Origin: Candidatus Woesearchaeota archaeon
Lineage (GTDB): Archaea; Nanobdellota; Nanobdellia; Pacearchaeales; GW2011-AR1
DNA length: 64,000 bases
Direction: 5' to 3'
Assembly (NCBI GenBank): GCA_964592915.1
Contig: CAZQGH010000002.1
Location: forward strand, 6,435-70,434
The translations under genes were made by a program, and so were the position numbers. Under the pieces are notes generated by a model that saw only the letters and a program-made list of their open reading frames with translations, was not told the origin of the DNA and ran no database searches. Shown piece by piece: positions 29,794 to 39,898 of the stretch. Each line of letters starts with the position of its first letter. Within the stretch, counting starts at the first letter, position 1.

Positions 29794-30534
29794 TTAAATC
29801 CATCTTCTTTTTTTAATAGTCCTATTAGTAATTTCAAAATTCAGGTATTTTTCCGGCAAGCTGCGGTGTTTTTTTAAAACAAGTTTTCTTTTTCCTTTGC
29901 TGTTTTCTAATTCAATTAAGCATTTGCTCCAGTATTTTAATATATCCCCTCCAACCATTCTTGTTTTGGCTTTTTTCCCTGCTCTGAATTCTTCACTTGA
30001 TAAAAATTCAGAATAAACCTGATTTGTAACAACAACAGGTATGAGTTTTTTTCTTGCAATTTCAGCTAAAATTCTCATTTGTTTTGCCAATTCTCTGTTT
30101 GTTTCTTTTATTTTTTGTTTGTCTTCATTCTGAGCAGCTTCTGCTAATTCTAATCTGTAAAGCATAGTCATCCCATCTACAATTATTAATCCAATTTTTC
30201 CTTTGTTTTTTATCTGATCTAGTAAAGAAGAAAAAACCTTAATTTGCTCAGAAAAATTCACAGGTTTTAATAAAATAATGTTTTTTAAGAATTTTTCATA
30301 TTCTTCTCCTGCAATCTGCTTGAATCTGTCAACAGAAAACCCCCCCTCAGTGTCTATAAAAATCACTTTATTGTTCTTTTTTGCCTGAGAAACAGCAACT
30401 AATAAACAAAGATTAGTTTTTCCTGTTCCTGCTTCTCCGTATATGGTTGTTATGATGTCTTTTTCATAACCTCCATAAAGAAAAGTATTTAAGTCATAGC
30501 TTCCAGCTGATATTTTTCTATATTTCATACTCAT
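29794..30534 (-). CDS. radB: RadB-like RecA-superfamily ATPase
   Basis: GGYEKDIITTIYGEAGTGKTNLCL Walker A. About 246 aa with no N-terminal HhH domain, consistent with RadB (or KaiC-like). Confidence 0.65.
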   Translation of the reverse strand: MSMKYRKISAGSYDLNTFLYGGYEKDIITTIYGEAGTGKTNLCLLVAVSQAKKNNKVIFIDTEGGFSVDRFKQIAGEEYEKFLKNIILLKPVNFSEQIKVFSSLLDQIKNKGKIGLIIVDGMTMLYRLELAEAAQNEDKQKIKETNRELAKQMRILAEIARKKLIPVVVTNQVYSEFLSSEEFRAGKKAKTRMVGGDILKYWSKCLIELENSKGKRKLVLKKHRSLPEKYLNFEITNRTIKKRRWI

Positions 30535-30575
30535 GAAATTCAGAAGTTTAGGATATTAATAAAATTATGTTTATT

Positions 30576-31010
30576 TTATTGAGAATAGCCTATTTTATCC
30601 AAAAGCCTTGTAACTACTGGTAATGCATCTTCCATGCAACCTATTCCAGGAATAATTGCTCTTTGTCCGTCAATTGCTACAGGTATTGCATAACCCTTTC
30701 CGTTTTTATATGCTTGTCCAAAAGTTAATTCATGTCCGTCGTATCTTGCTGTTGCACCAGTTGGTGTTAATTCTATTTGCAAATTGCCCCAAAAAAATCC
30801 CGGTTCTGTGTTTGCTATTTTTGCTTTTAAACTGTCAGAAATTGGAGTTCTTTGCCTTAATTCTTTTAAGTCGTCATCTTCATCTTCACTAAACAAACAA
30901 CTAGCTAAATACTGCATTGCATCTTCTTTAGAAAAAGCATCTAATGGAATTGGCATTCCTTCTTCATCTTCAGTTTCTTCATTTCTATAAAATCTGGCTC
31001 GATTTTCCAT
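30576..31010 (-). CDS. hypothetical acidic protein, compositionally atypical
   Basis: 144 aa with an acidic N-terminus. Locally GC-richer codon usage than neighbours. No domain. Confidence 0.35.
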   Translation of the reverse strand: MENRARFYRNEETEDEEGMPIPLDAFSKEDAMQYLASCLFSEDEDDDLKELRQRTPISDSLKAKIANTEPGFFWGNLQIELTPTGATARYDGHELTFGQAYKNGKGYAIPVAIDGQRAIIPGIGCMEDALPVVTRLLDKIGYSQ

Positions 31011-31039
31011 ATATTTATACCTCCTTTGAGTTTATAAAT

Positions 31040-31582
31040 TTATTCCTTAAAAATGACACATTCAAAATTTTGCAATTTGAATTCTTTATCTTTATATGAG
31101 TTTAATGGCAAAAAAGATTTATTGCATAATGCCTGTAAAAATTGTTTCTGATTTAGATTATGTTCTGTAGCTACCTGAGGCAGTAATAATCCTGTTTTTC
31201 CTTTATAATCGCACATAATTCCGTGTTTTCCAATTTCAATATCTGCAGGTTTGCATTTTTGAGGGAGAGATAAAACTGAAATTTCAATTTTAATTTTTTT
31301 CAGTTCTGATTTATTTAAATGAAGGAATCTCGGGTCAGAAAATGCAGCTTGTTTTGCTGCATTTTGAACAGCATTTTTTAATGGCAATGAGGGATAAGGA
31401 TAACCAATACAACCTCTTAATTTATCATCTTTTGTTAAAGTTACAAACACCCCCAATTTCTCTGCAAATTTTTTGTTTTTTAACTTATTTAATACTGGAG
31501 GTTTTTTATTAGAAAATTCTTCTTTAATAGATTGTCTTGCTAATTTTATCAATAGATTGCCATCCTCTTTTGTAAATTCCAT
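31040..31582 (-). CDS. AMMECR1 domain protein
   Basis: LRGCIGYP motif. 180 aa. Confidence 0.7.
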   Translation of the reverse strand: MEFTKEDGNLLIKLARQSIKEEFSNKKPPVLNKLKNKKFAEKLGVFVTLTKDDKLRGCIGYPYPSLPLKNAVQNAAKQAAFSDPRFLHLNKSELKKIKIEISVLSLPQKCKPADIEIGKHGIMCDYKGKTGLLLPQVATEHNLNQKQFLQALCNKSFLPLNSYKDKEFKLQNFECVIFKE

Positions 31583-31588
31583 ATTATA

Positions 31589-32137
31589 TTAAGCTGTTTT
31601 TTCTAATAAATTTTCATAATCTTGCTTTATAGTATCGTAAAAACGGTTATCTATTGAGTTTTCATCTATATTTAGTTGATTTAGTATTTTAAGCATTTTT
31701 TCTTTATATTTTTCTTTGGGTTTGTTAGTTACTTCTGATGTAATTTCAATAAAATAACCAAGAGTTTCAATTTCAGATATTCTTATAGATATTTCTTTTT
31801 TTTGATATATTTTTGAACTTTTTTTTAAAGAAGAAGAAAGATTAAATCCTAAAATTTCTATGAATTGTACAAAGTTTTCCGGATTGTCAATTTGAAAAGA
31901 AAATTCTAAATTTTCCTGAACTTGATTTAAGGCTTTTTGTATTTTAAATGTTATTAATTTGTTTTTCTTGTATTTTCTTAATCTGAATTCATGCTCTTCA
32001 CTTAGATTTTTATTTTTAAAAAAATAATCTATAGTTGATTCTTTTCCATTATATTTTCCAATTTTTTTCAGTTCAACTTCTATTTTTTCAGGTTTTTCAA
32101 TCCTGGCTTTTATTTTTAATTCCTCTTTTGGTTCCAT
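31589..32137 (-). CDS. CYTH-domain protein (CyaB/ThTPase-like), putative
   Basis: N-terminal ELKIKARIE and EHEFRLRK, resembling CYTH ExExK and acidic motifs. Confidence 0.45.
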   Translation of the reverse strand: MEPKEELKIKARIEKPEKIEVELKKIGKYNGKESTIDYFFKNKNLSEEHEFRLRKYKKNKLITFKIQKALNQVQENLEFSFQIDNPENFVQFIEILGFNLSSSLKKSSKIYQKKEISIRISEIETLGYFIEITSEVTNKPKEKYKEKMLKILNQLNIDENSIDNRFYDTIKQDYENLLEKTA

Positions 32138-32435
32138 ATATTTTAATAAAAACGAGGCTATTTAAATTTTTGGAGAGTCATAGATAGTAAATTCCACAGG
32201 TAATAAATAAAATATTAAATCTTAAAATTTATCTACATTCATTTCTTTAACACTAAAATTCAAAAAATACTCTTATTATTAACAGCTTCAGGTTTTAAGG
32301 CATTAAAATTCATTAATAAACTTTTTCGAATTATTGCCTTTTAATTATACAAAACCGGAAATTTAATTGTTTAGTTTTAATTTATATAATGAGTAGTAAC
32401 ACAAAAAATAAATATCAAGTTAAATAAATCCTGAT

Positions 32436-33512
32436 ATGAACGAGTTTGTTACAGCTGATGAGTTTATAGATGAAGAAGATAGAATAGTGATGCATATTGA
32501 TTTAGATGCATTTTTTGCATCATGCGAAGAAGTAAAAAATCCTAATTTAAAAAATAAACCTGTTGTTATTGGTGCTAATCCTAAAAAAGGAAAAGGAAGA
32601 GGAGTTGTTTCAACATGCAATTATAAAGCCAGGGAATTTGGAATAAAATCTGCAATGCCCATTTCTTTTGCATATAAAAAATGTCCAAAAGCTTTTTTTT
32701 TGCCAGTTAATATGACGTTTTATTCTAAAGTTTCTAAGGAAATCATGAAAACAATTAAAAGTTATGGCAAAAAGTTTCAGCAGGTTAGTATTGATGAGGC
32801 TTTTATTGAACCAATTAGTGAATATGATGTTTTTGAGTTGGCTAAAAAAATACAAAATGAAATTTATACAAAAAAGAAAATAACATGCAGTATAGGCATA
32901 GCTCCGAATAAGCTAGTAGCAAAAATCGCTTCAGATTTTAGAAAACCCAATGCAATTACAATTGTTAAAAGTAGCGAAATAAAAATGTTTTTGTCTCCAT
33001 TAGATATAAGGAAATTACCAGGTATTGGGGAAAAATCTGAGAAAAAATTAAAAGATATTGGAATAAAAACTGTTTCTGATTTACAAAACTTTCCTATTCA
33101 AAAACTGGAAAAAATATTTGGTGTGAAAACAGCTAGATATTTGAAGAGAATTTCTTTAGGAAAAGATGATTCTGAAGTTGAAGAAAAAGGAAAAAGAAAA
33201 AGTTTAGGCAAAGAGGTTACATTTTCGAAAGATATTTCAGATAAGCAAAAAATTTATAATACAATAGAAAAATTAGCTGAAAAATGCTATATGGGTTTGA
33301 GAAAAAAGAAGATTAATTTCAGAACTATCAATATAAAAATCAGGTATGATGACTTTTCAACACATACAAAACAAAGAACATTTCAAGAACAGAAAAATTT
33401 GAAAGAAATGAAGTTGTGGAGTAAAGAATTAGCTAAGAAATTTTTAAAAGATGATAGAAAAATAAGATTAGTGGGGGTGAGTTTTTCAAAATTGTCAGTT
33501 AATAAGGTTTAA
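32436..33512 (+). CDS. dinB: Y-family DNA polymerase IV (Dbh/DinB)
   Basis: IVMHIDLDAFFASCE, SIDEAF, and IGIAPNKLVAKIASD. Confidence 0.8.
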   Translation: MNEFVTADEFIDEEDRIVMHIDLDAFFASCEEVKNPNLKNKPVVIGANPKKGKGRGVVSTCNYKAREFGIKSAMPISFAYKKCPKAFFLPVNMTFYSKVSKEIMKTIKSYGKKFQQVSIDEAFIEPISEYDVFELAKKIQNEIYTKKKITCSIGIAPNKLVAKIASDFRKPNAITIVKSSEIKMFLSPLDIRKLPGIGEKSEKKLKDIGIKTVSDLQNFPIQKLEKIFGVKTARYLKRISLGKDDSEVEEKGKRKSLGKEVTFSKDISDKQKIYNTIEKLAEKCYMGLRKKKINFRTINIKIRYDDFSTHTKQRTFQEQKNLKEMKLWSKELAKKFLKDDRKIRLVGVSFSKLSVNKV

Positions 33513-33536
33513 AAACACTGAGTTAGTAAAATCATT

Positions 33537-33878
33537 ATGGATAAAAATACAATTCACAAAGTAATTTATGTATATGCTGAATTGCCTTCAGAATCTCAGG
33601 TTTTGCCTGGAGAATATCTGAAGAAAAAACAGGAGAAAAATTTAGAAATACTGAAAAAATCAGTTTCTATGATTGAAGATACTGAGACATTTGTAAAAGA
33701 AGTGAAGAAAGTAATGCAGAAGAATAAAAAAAGATATGAAAAAGCTTTTTCTGAACCTATTGACGAGGATTTTATTAATATTCTATTATATGACTTGTTC
33801 AAGAAGAAATTAATTGATAAAGAAAAGTTCGAAAAATTAAAAAAAGATTTAAGTAAGCATATTGAAATTTATGTTTGA
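33537..33878 (+). CDS. hypothetical protein
   Basis: 113 aa, K/E-rich. Confidence 0.3.
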   Translation: MDKNTIHKVIYVYAELPSESQVLPGEYLKKKQEKNLEILKKSVSMIEDTETFVKEVKKVMQKNKKRYEKAFSEPIDEDFINILLYDLFKKKLIDKEKFEKLKKDLSKHIEIYV

Positions 33879-35248
33879 AAAGCAATTCTTTTTGTCACTC
33901 TAGCTATTTCATTTTCTAAACCCAACACATCTCTAATTGGGTTCAGATGTTTGAGTTTATGCAAGAGTTTTTCAGGTTTTTTAACTTTTCTTATCTCTTT
34001 GACTTTAGGTAAGAAGAAAATAGTAACTAATGAACGAGCTAAACCTGAAATTAGGAAAATAAATAATAATTTATTCATAAAACTGATTGTCAGATACTGG
34101 GCTAGCAAGCCTCCTAATGATGCACCAAAAAATATACCAATACCCATTAATAGATTGTTGTATGAGACACATATACCTCTTCTTTGCTGAGAAACAGAAT
34201 CATAAATGAAGTTTGAAGCTGCTAAATTAAATGCTGCCCATGAAGCTCCGGCAACTAACTGAGGAACAAATGCAAGATAATATGGAGATTCAGAAAAAAA
34301 CCATAAAATAGGAACAAAAGGGATGAACAAAGATGAAACTCTCAATATTTCCCTATTTCCATATTTATCTGAAAATTTTCCCCATATTGGCAGGAACATC
34401 AAAGAATAAACAGATGATGAAATTTGTATTATCATAAATGTTGTATAAGAAAATTGTAAATCCCTCAGCATATATACAATAAAAAACGGACTTGCTATGG
34501 CAGTTGCAAAATGCATCATTGAAATAAAAATTACAAATTTCCCGAAATTATTTTTTCTAGCATGCTTAATAAACTGAAAAAATGAAAAGTAATATCCTTT
34601 TTCTAGCTTTAGGTTTGGTTCGTGATGTTTTTTAAATAATCTTGAGGCAATCCATCTGGTTAAAAATGCTAAGAAGAAGATTATTGAGAATCCAATTAAA
34701 ACATAACCTTTTGTTTCAGTTAAATCTAAGATAAATGCAGATGTGATAATTGCCAAAATTGTAAACAAACCTGTAATTCTGTTTCTTTTGCTAAAATACT
34801 TTCCCCTAATTTTGCCAGGAACAATATCTCCCATTAATGAAAACCAGGAAGGTAAAGCAATGCCTCCAAAAATCAAGTAAACTGAATAAAAAATTATCAG
34901 TATTAAAGGAAGATAATTTTGAAATAAATTTATATTAAAAAAATAGCCTAATAAGATAATTGGCAGCCACATTAAAGCTTGCAAAAAAACAAATAATGAA
35001 AGTATGTTTTTTCTTGAGATTTTTTCCATTAGTTTTGAACCATATAACTGAGAGAGAGGATAAATTAAACCTGTGAATGAGGTTAAAAATCCAATATGAG
35101 CATTATTTGCATTTAATGCTAATGCATAAGGAACAATATACTGATTACCCAAACCAAATGTTGCAGCTGAAAACGAACCCTCTTTTATTGATACTTTTCT
35201 TGTTTTCTGATTTTTCAGTTCTTCCTCTTCTTTTGCCTCTTTTTTCAT
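33869..35248 (-). CDS. MFS-type transporter
   Basis: About 12 predicted TM helices. 459 aa. Confidence 0.55.
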   Translation of the reverse strand: MKKEAKEEEELKNQKTRKVSIKEGSFSAATFGLGNQYIVPYALALNANNAHIGFLTSFTGLIYPLSQLYGSKLMEKISRKNILSLFVFLQALMWLPIILLGYFFNINLFQNYLPLILIIFYSVYLIFGGIALPSWFSLMGDIVPGKIRGKYFSKRNRITGLFTILAIITSAFILDLTETKGYVLIGFSIIFFLAFLTRWIASRLFKKHHEPNLKLEKGYYFSFFQFIKHARKNNFGKFVIFISMMHFATAIASPFFIVYMLRDLQFSYTTFMIIQISSSVYSLMFLPIWGKFSDKYGNREILRVSSLFIPFVPILWFFSESPYYLAFVPQLVAGASWAAFNLAASNFIYDSVSQQRRGICVSYNNLLMGIGIFFGASLGGLLAQYLTISFMNKLLFIFLISGLARSLVTIFFLPKVKEIRKVKKPEKLLHKLKHLNPIRDVLGLENEIARVTKRIAFQT

Positions 35249-35325
35249 AAAATTAATTAAAAAAAAGAATATAAAAACATAACGAAATTGAGAATTTGAA
35301 TTGCTAGAATCTAGTGTGAATTGAA

Positions 35326-35883
35326 CTAAATCTTTATGTCTTCGATAAATTCTTTATTAACTCTAAGAGTTTTTGACGAAACTTTTCGAAGATGGTAGGA
35401 AATTGATTTTTTATTTCCAATTGCAACATATACTACTTTCTTTTTAAATCTTTCAATGGCTGCCTTGACTGCTCCTGAAAAATCCCCGTCATTTGAAATC
35501 AAATAAGCTTCATCATAAATATCTGCTTGCCCATCTAAAACCAAGTCTAATGCAAGATTTATGTCAGTAGCTTTTTCAACATAATACTCTTCCCCATCTC
35601 TTTTTCTTTTTTCTAATCTGCCGAAAATAATTTTCAGTTTTTCTACTTTTTTTAGTTTTTCGAGAAATTTCTGCTGTTCTGCGTACATTTTTGGATTGCT
35701 TTCTCCAACAGGCGCAATATAATAGTTAATCTTGATTATTTCTTTGTTTTTAGCTATTTTCTTGCAAAATTTTTCAATATCTATCTTGTAATCGAATGCA
35801 TTTTTAACAGAAAAATAAAAATTGATTCCATCAATATAGATTACGACTTTTTTATTTTTAGAAACCATTTGAATATAAAACAT
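35326..35883 (-). CDS. NYN/LabA-like (PIN-like) domain protein
   Basis: KVVIYIDGINFY...YLISNDGDFSGAV, matching the NYN (DUF88) pattern. Confidence 0.55.
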   Translation of the reverse strand: MFYIQMVSKNKKVVIYIDGINFYFSVKNAFDYKIDIEKFCKKIAKNKEIIKINYYIAPVGESNPKMYAEQQKFLEKLKKVEKLKIIFGRLEKRKRDGEEYYVEKATDINLALDLVLDGQADIYDEAYLISNDGDFSGAVKAAIERFKKKVVYVAIGNKKSISYHLRKVSSKTLRVNKEFIEDIKI

Positions 35884-36030
35884 GGGGTTAGTTTCCTACC
35901 CCCATGGACTTAATTAGTAATTATACTGCTTTTTAATTATTTAAATGTTTTTATTCAGATTTAAATTTTGTATCAATCAAGTAGAAATAAGAATATAACA
36001 AATCAGAAATAACCCCTGTTCAATTCTTAA

Positions 36031-36130
36031 TGCACCAGGCGGGAATTGAACCCACGTCACAAGCTTTTTCCTAATCCTGTTTTGTTTAGGAGATTGGGAA
36101 GCTTGAATCTTACCACTGGACCACTGGTGC
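36031..36130 (-). tRNA. intron-containing tRNA, best read as tRNA-Gly (CCC) with a ~29-nt intron at canonical position 37/38
   Basis: Acceptor GCACCAG/CTGGTGC perfect. T arm GTGGG-TTCAATT-CCCGC. Anticodon stem CAAGC/GCTTG. Loop TT-CCC-A, then an intron whose 3' end (GGAA) pairs with loop TTCC to give a 4-bp BHB central helix with 3-nt bulges. Intron has an internal hairpin TCCTAA/TTAGGA. Alternative register gives Trp(CCA) but with C33. Confidence 0.55.
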
Positions 36131-36144
36131 ATTTAGTTTTATTT

Positions 36145-36672
36145 TTAATTTTCTAAAAATTTTTTTAATTTGTTTAATGCAAGTAATCTCATTGAGATTT
36201 TATTTTTTTCTTTTTCAGTCATTTGAGCAAATGTTTTGTTATAATTGTCAGGGATAAAAACAGGATCCCATCCAAAATTTGTATTTCCTTTGGGTTTTTC
36301 CGGAATTATACCAGTCAATTTTCCTGAGAATATTTTTAAATTATTTCCATCATGATATCCAATGCAGGTTTCAACTTCAGCTTTATTCCCATATATTTTA
36401 GATAGATTGCATATTCCTTTATTTCCTATTGAATTTAAAACCCATTTAATCAATGCTCCGGGAAAATTTATGCTTTTAATATAAAAGCCTGTGTCTTCCA
36501 CAATAACTGGTTTTTTTGTGATTTTATATGCTCTTAGTATTTTATCTTCTACAACTTTTTTAACATCAATTGCCTGAATTTCTGGTAAATCAATGTTTTT
36601 TTGTTCTATTTTTTTATTTAAAATTTGTTCAAACTCTCTTAATTTGTTTTGATTAGAAGTTATAAATTGCAT
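36145..36672 (-). CDS. non-canonical purine NTP pyrophosphatase (Ham1/ITPase family)
   Basis: FITSNQNKLRE...VEDTGF...FGWDPVF. Confidence 0.7.
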   Translation of the reverse strand: MQFITSNQNKLREFEQILNKKIEQKNIDLPEIQAIDVKKVVEDKILRAYKITKKPVIVEDTGFYIKSINFPGALIKWVLNSIGNKGICNLSKIYGNKAEVETCIGYHDGNNLKIFSGKLTGIIPEKPKGNTNFGWDPVFIPDNYNKTFAQMTEKEKNKISMRLLALNKLKKFLEN

Positions 36673-36758
36673 TATTTTAGTAAAACAACTGCGTTTTTAT
36701 ATTTTCTGATAAATTTGAAGAACTTCAAAAAATTTTTAAACTCCAATCATTAATACTT

Positions 36759-37205
36759 TTGACAATGAAATCTGAGCCAGAATGGTTTTATGGAACGAAA
36801 GGAGCAGTAGAAAGACCTACTAACAGAGCAAGAGGATTATTTCCTGTTGAAAGATTTTTTGCAAGGTATGTTGATGAATATGGGGGAATAGAAAGATTAA
36901 GATGTGTTAGACATAATGGCAGATATGAGAGAAAAGTTTACCAAAGAGCTAATGATGAATTAAGAAACAAACCTTTTATTGGGGAACTGATTAAGAAGGC
37001 AGAAGAGCAAGCAGATAGTGATAAATCTGTATATATTGTTGATGGAAATCTTTCAGACAGATTAATCCTCCCTTTTAGTGATTTAATAACCCAGGTTGAA
37101 GAGCCATTAGAAAGAGCTTTATTACAAGGGAAAAATGCAAGAGATTCTTTATTGAACTTTGGTAATGGAGAACTAACATTTATTATGGACTTAGATATCA
37201 GTTAA
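36759..37205 (+). CDS. hypothetical protein
   Basis: 148 aa. No domain recognised. Confidence 0.3.
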   Translation: MTMKSEPEWFYGTKGAVERPTNRARGLFPVERFFARYVDEYGGIERLRCVRHNGRYERKVYQRANDELRNKPFIGELIKKAEEQADSDKSVYIVDGNLSDRLILPFSDLITQVEEPLERALLQGKNARDSLLNFGNGELTFIMDLDIS

Positions 37206-37235
37206 TCTTAAATATACTAATTTTATATTGTAATT

Positions 37236-38660
37236 ATGGCAAAGGAAAAAGCATTTTATGTTACTACAGCAATTGATTATGTCAATGCTAGTCCTCATAT
37301 AGGGCATGCATTTGAAAAAGTTTTAGTTGATGCTATATCAAGGTGGAAAAAATTAAAGGGGAAAGAAGTGAGATTTTTAACTGGAACAGATGAAAATGCT
37401 CAAAAAAATGTTCAGGCAGCAAAAGATGCAGGAGTTGATGTTAAAGATTTTGTAGATAAAAATTCTAAATTATTTATCAAGTTATGTGAAGTTTTGAATA
37501 TAAATTATGATGAGTTTATTAGAACAACGCAGCAAAAACATAATAGAAAATCACAGGAGATATTTAAAAAAGTTTATGATAAAGGAGACATTTACAAAGG
37601 GAAATATGAAGGTTATTATTGCCAGGGATGTGAGGCATTTTTAACTGAAAAAGATTTAGTTGATGGGAAATGTCCTGAACATTACAAAGAGCCAGAATGG
37701 TTTTCCCAGGAAACTTATTTTTTCAAATTAAGCAATTATAAAGATAAAGTTTTAAAATTTATTCAAGATTATATTATTCCCGAGGAAAGAAAAAATGAGA
37801 TTATCAGCAGGTTAGAAAGCGAAGAGTTAAAAGATTTATCTGTTTCGAGAATTAATCTCGATTGGGGGATTGATGTTCCGATTGATAAAAACCATAAAAT
37901 TTATGTTTGGTTTGACGCATTGATAAACTATCTTTCTGGTGCAGATGGAGAGTGGCCTGCTGATTTGCATGTAATTGGCAAAGGGATAAATTGGTTTCAT
38001 TCAGTTATCTGGCCTGCAATGTTAATGTCAGCTGAAATTGAACTGCCAAAAAAATTGTTAGTTCATGGTTATCTGAATTTAAAAGGAGAAAAAATGTCAA
38101 AATCAAAAGGTAATGTTATTGACCCTTTAAAATTAGCTGAAAAATACAAATCAGATTCTATTAGGCATTCATTACTAAGATGTTCAGTATTTGAAGATTC
38201 AGATTATTCTGAGCAAATATTAATTGAAAGACATAACACAGAGTTAGCAAACAAATTCGGCAATTTAGTTTCAAGAGTTACAAGTTTGGCTGAGAAATAT
38301 GGTATTGAAAAAAACGATAATAAACTGATTAAGAAGTTAAAGCTGGAAGAAATTGAGAAGTTAATGGAGGGTTATGAATTAGATAAGGCATTAAATTTAA
38401 TATTTGAATTTATTGATGTTTGCAATGAGTATGTTCAGGAAAAAAAGCCCTGGAAAACTGAAGATAAAAAGGTGTTATATGAATTAGCTGATTCTATAAA
38501 AGCAATAGCAATATTTTTGTTTCCGTTTATTCCCGAAACATCTGAAAAAATTGCCAGGCATTTTGGATTTGAGATTAAATTTGAAAATATAAAAAAGCAA
38601 TTAAAAGAAAAGCAGATTAAAAAATCTGAGATTTTATTTGAAAAAATAAAAAATGAATAA
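37236..38660 (+). CDS. metG: methionyl-tRNA synthetase (short form, no C-terminal tRNA-binding domain)
   Basis: HIGH motif SPHIGHAF, KMSKS motif KMSKSKGN, Zn knuckle CQGC...C. 474 aa. Confidence 0.85.
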   Translation: MAKEKAFYVTTAIDYVNASPHIGHAFEKVLVDAISRWKKLKGKEVRFLTGTDENAQKNVQAAKDAGVDVKDFVDKNSKLFIKLCEVLNINYDEFIRTTQQKHNRKSQEIFKKVYDKGDIYKGKYEGYYCQGCEAFLTEKDLVDGKCPEHYKEPEWFSQETYFFKLSNYKDKVLKFIQDYIIPEERKNEIISRLESEELKDLSVSRINLDWGIDVPIDKNHKIYVWFDALINYLSGADGEWPADLHVIGKGINWFHSVIWPAMLMSAEIELPKKLLVHGYLNLKGEKMSKSKGNVIDPLKLAEKYKSDSIRHSLLRCSVFEDSDYSEQILIERHNTELANKFGNLVSRVTSLAEKYGIEKNDNKLIKKLKLEEIEKLMEGYELDKALNLIFEFIDVCNEYVQEKKPWKTEDKKVLYELADSIKAIAIFLFPFIPETSEKIARHFGFEIKFENIKKQLKEKQIKKSEILFEKIKNE

Positions 38661-38913
38661 ATTTGAGAAATACAGAAGACAAATTGACAAAATAAACAAT
38701 AAAATTATTTCTTTATTAGCTGAGAGAATGAAAATTGTAAAGAAAGTAGGGGAATATAAAAAGAAGAACAATATGAAGATTACAGATAAAAAAAGAGAAG
38801 AGAAAATCTATGCCGAAGTTAGAAGAAATGCTAAAAAATATGATTTATTTCCTGAATATATAGAGCAGGTATTCAGATGCATAATCAGTAATTCCAAAAA
38901 AGCTGAAAAATAA
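38653..38913 (+). CDS. chorismate mutase (AroQ type)
   Basis: 86 aa. LRRQIDKINNKIISLLAERMKIVKKVGEYK. Overlaps the metG stop by 8 nt. Confidence 0.55.
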   Translation: MNKFEKYRRQIDKINNKIISLLAERMKIVKKVGEYKKKNNMKITDKKREEKIYAEVRRNAKKYDLFPEYIEQVFRCIISNSKKAEK

Positions 38914-38945
38914 TATTAAGAAACTTATAAAAATAAATAATCATT

Positions 38946-39731
38946 ATGATTTCTATGGCTAAGGGAAGAACCAGTAAAAAGCAAAATAGAAAGTATGTGA
39001 TAGGGATAATTGGAGGAACAGGGTTACTAGGAAGAACATTTGCAAAATTTTTCAGAAAACATAATCATAAGGTTTTAATTGCTGGAAGAAAAACCAAATT
39101 AAATTATGGAGATTTGGCTGAAAAATGTGATGTTGTTATATTCTCCTTGCCAATTAGTGTAACTCCGAAAATTATAAAGAAAATCAGAAAAAAAGTTAGA
39201 GCTAATCAGTTATTAATGGATTTTACTTCAGTTAAAAGAGATTCTGTAAAGGAAATGATGAAATCCAAAGCATCAGTGATTGGTTTGCATCCGATGTTTG
39301 GTAAGGTTGAGAGCTTGAAAGGAAAAACAATTATAGTTATTCCAGCTAGAATAAACAGAAATGAAGAATGGATGACATGGTTGTTATATTTGTTTAAAAA
39401 GGGAAATGTTAAAGTTAAGGTTACAACTCCTGAAAACCATGATAAAATTATGGCAGTCTTGCAGGGTTTAATGCATTTTAATTTTATTGTAATGAGTAAG
39501 ACATTGAGAGAAATTGAAAAAAAGTATAAGATTAATTTAGATGAGCTGATTGATTTTGGAGGCATTATTTACAAATTAAGATATGAGATGATTTCCAGAA
39601 TACTAAATAATGAGGGTGAAATGCATGCTGATATATCAATAAAAAACAAAACAACAAACACAGTTTTAAAAGAATATGAAAAGCAGGTTAAACAATTGAG
39701 AAAGATAATTGGAAGGGAAAATAAAAAATAA
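38946..39731 (+). CDS. tyrA: prephenate dehydrogenase
   Basis: IGIIGGTGLLG Rossmann motif and HPMFG motif. Confidence 0.65.
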   Translation: MISMAKGRTSKKQNRKYVIGIIGGTGLLGRTFAKFFRKHNHKVLIAGRKTKLNYGDLAEKCDVVIFSLPISVTPKIIKKIRKKVRANQLLMDFTSVKRDSVKEMMKSKASVIGLHPMFGKVESLKGKTIIVIPARINRNEEWMTWLLYLFKKGNVKVKVTTPENHDKIMAVLQGLMHFNFIVMSKTLREIEKKYKINLDELIDFGGIIYKLRYEMISRILNNEGEMHADISIKNKTTNTVLKEYEKQVKQLRKIIGRENKK

Positions 39732-39898
39732 TTTGTAAAGTTTTATAATGAAGCAGGAGATTTTTATAAAAATTTTAAAAAACAGGCATTAGAAGATACT
39801 ACAAAGTTAATTGAACAATTTTCAGAACTAGAAAATAAAAAGCAAAAGAAGCAGAAGATGAAATCAAAAACTAGAAGCAAATCAAAATCAAATAAAAA

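Noticed and set aside
36031-36130. Reading the intron-containing tRNA as tRNA-Trp(CCA)
   Set aside because: That register requires C at position 33, a poorer D stem and a mismatched BHB central helix. The Gly(CCC) register gives U33, A37 and a perfect 4-bp central helix. Trp is kept as the alternative.
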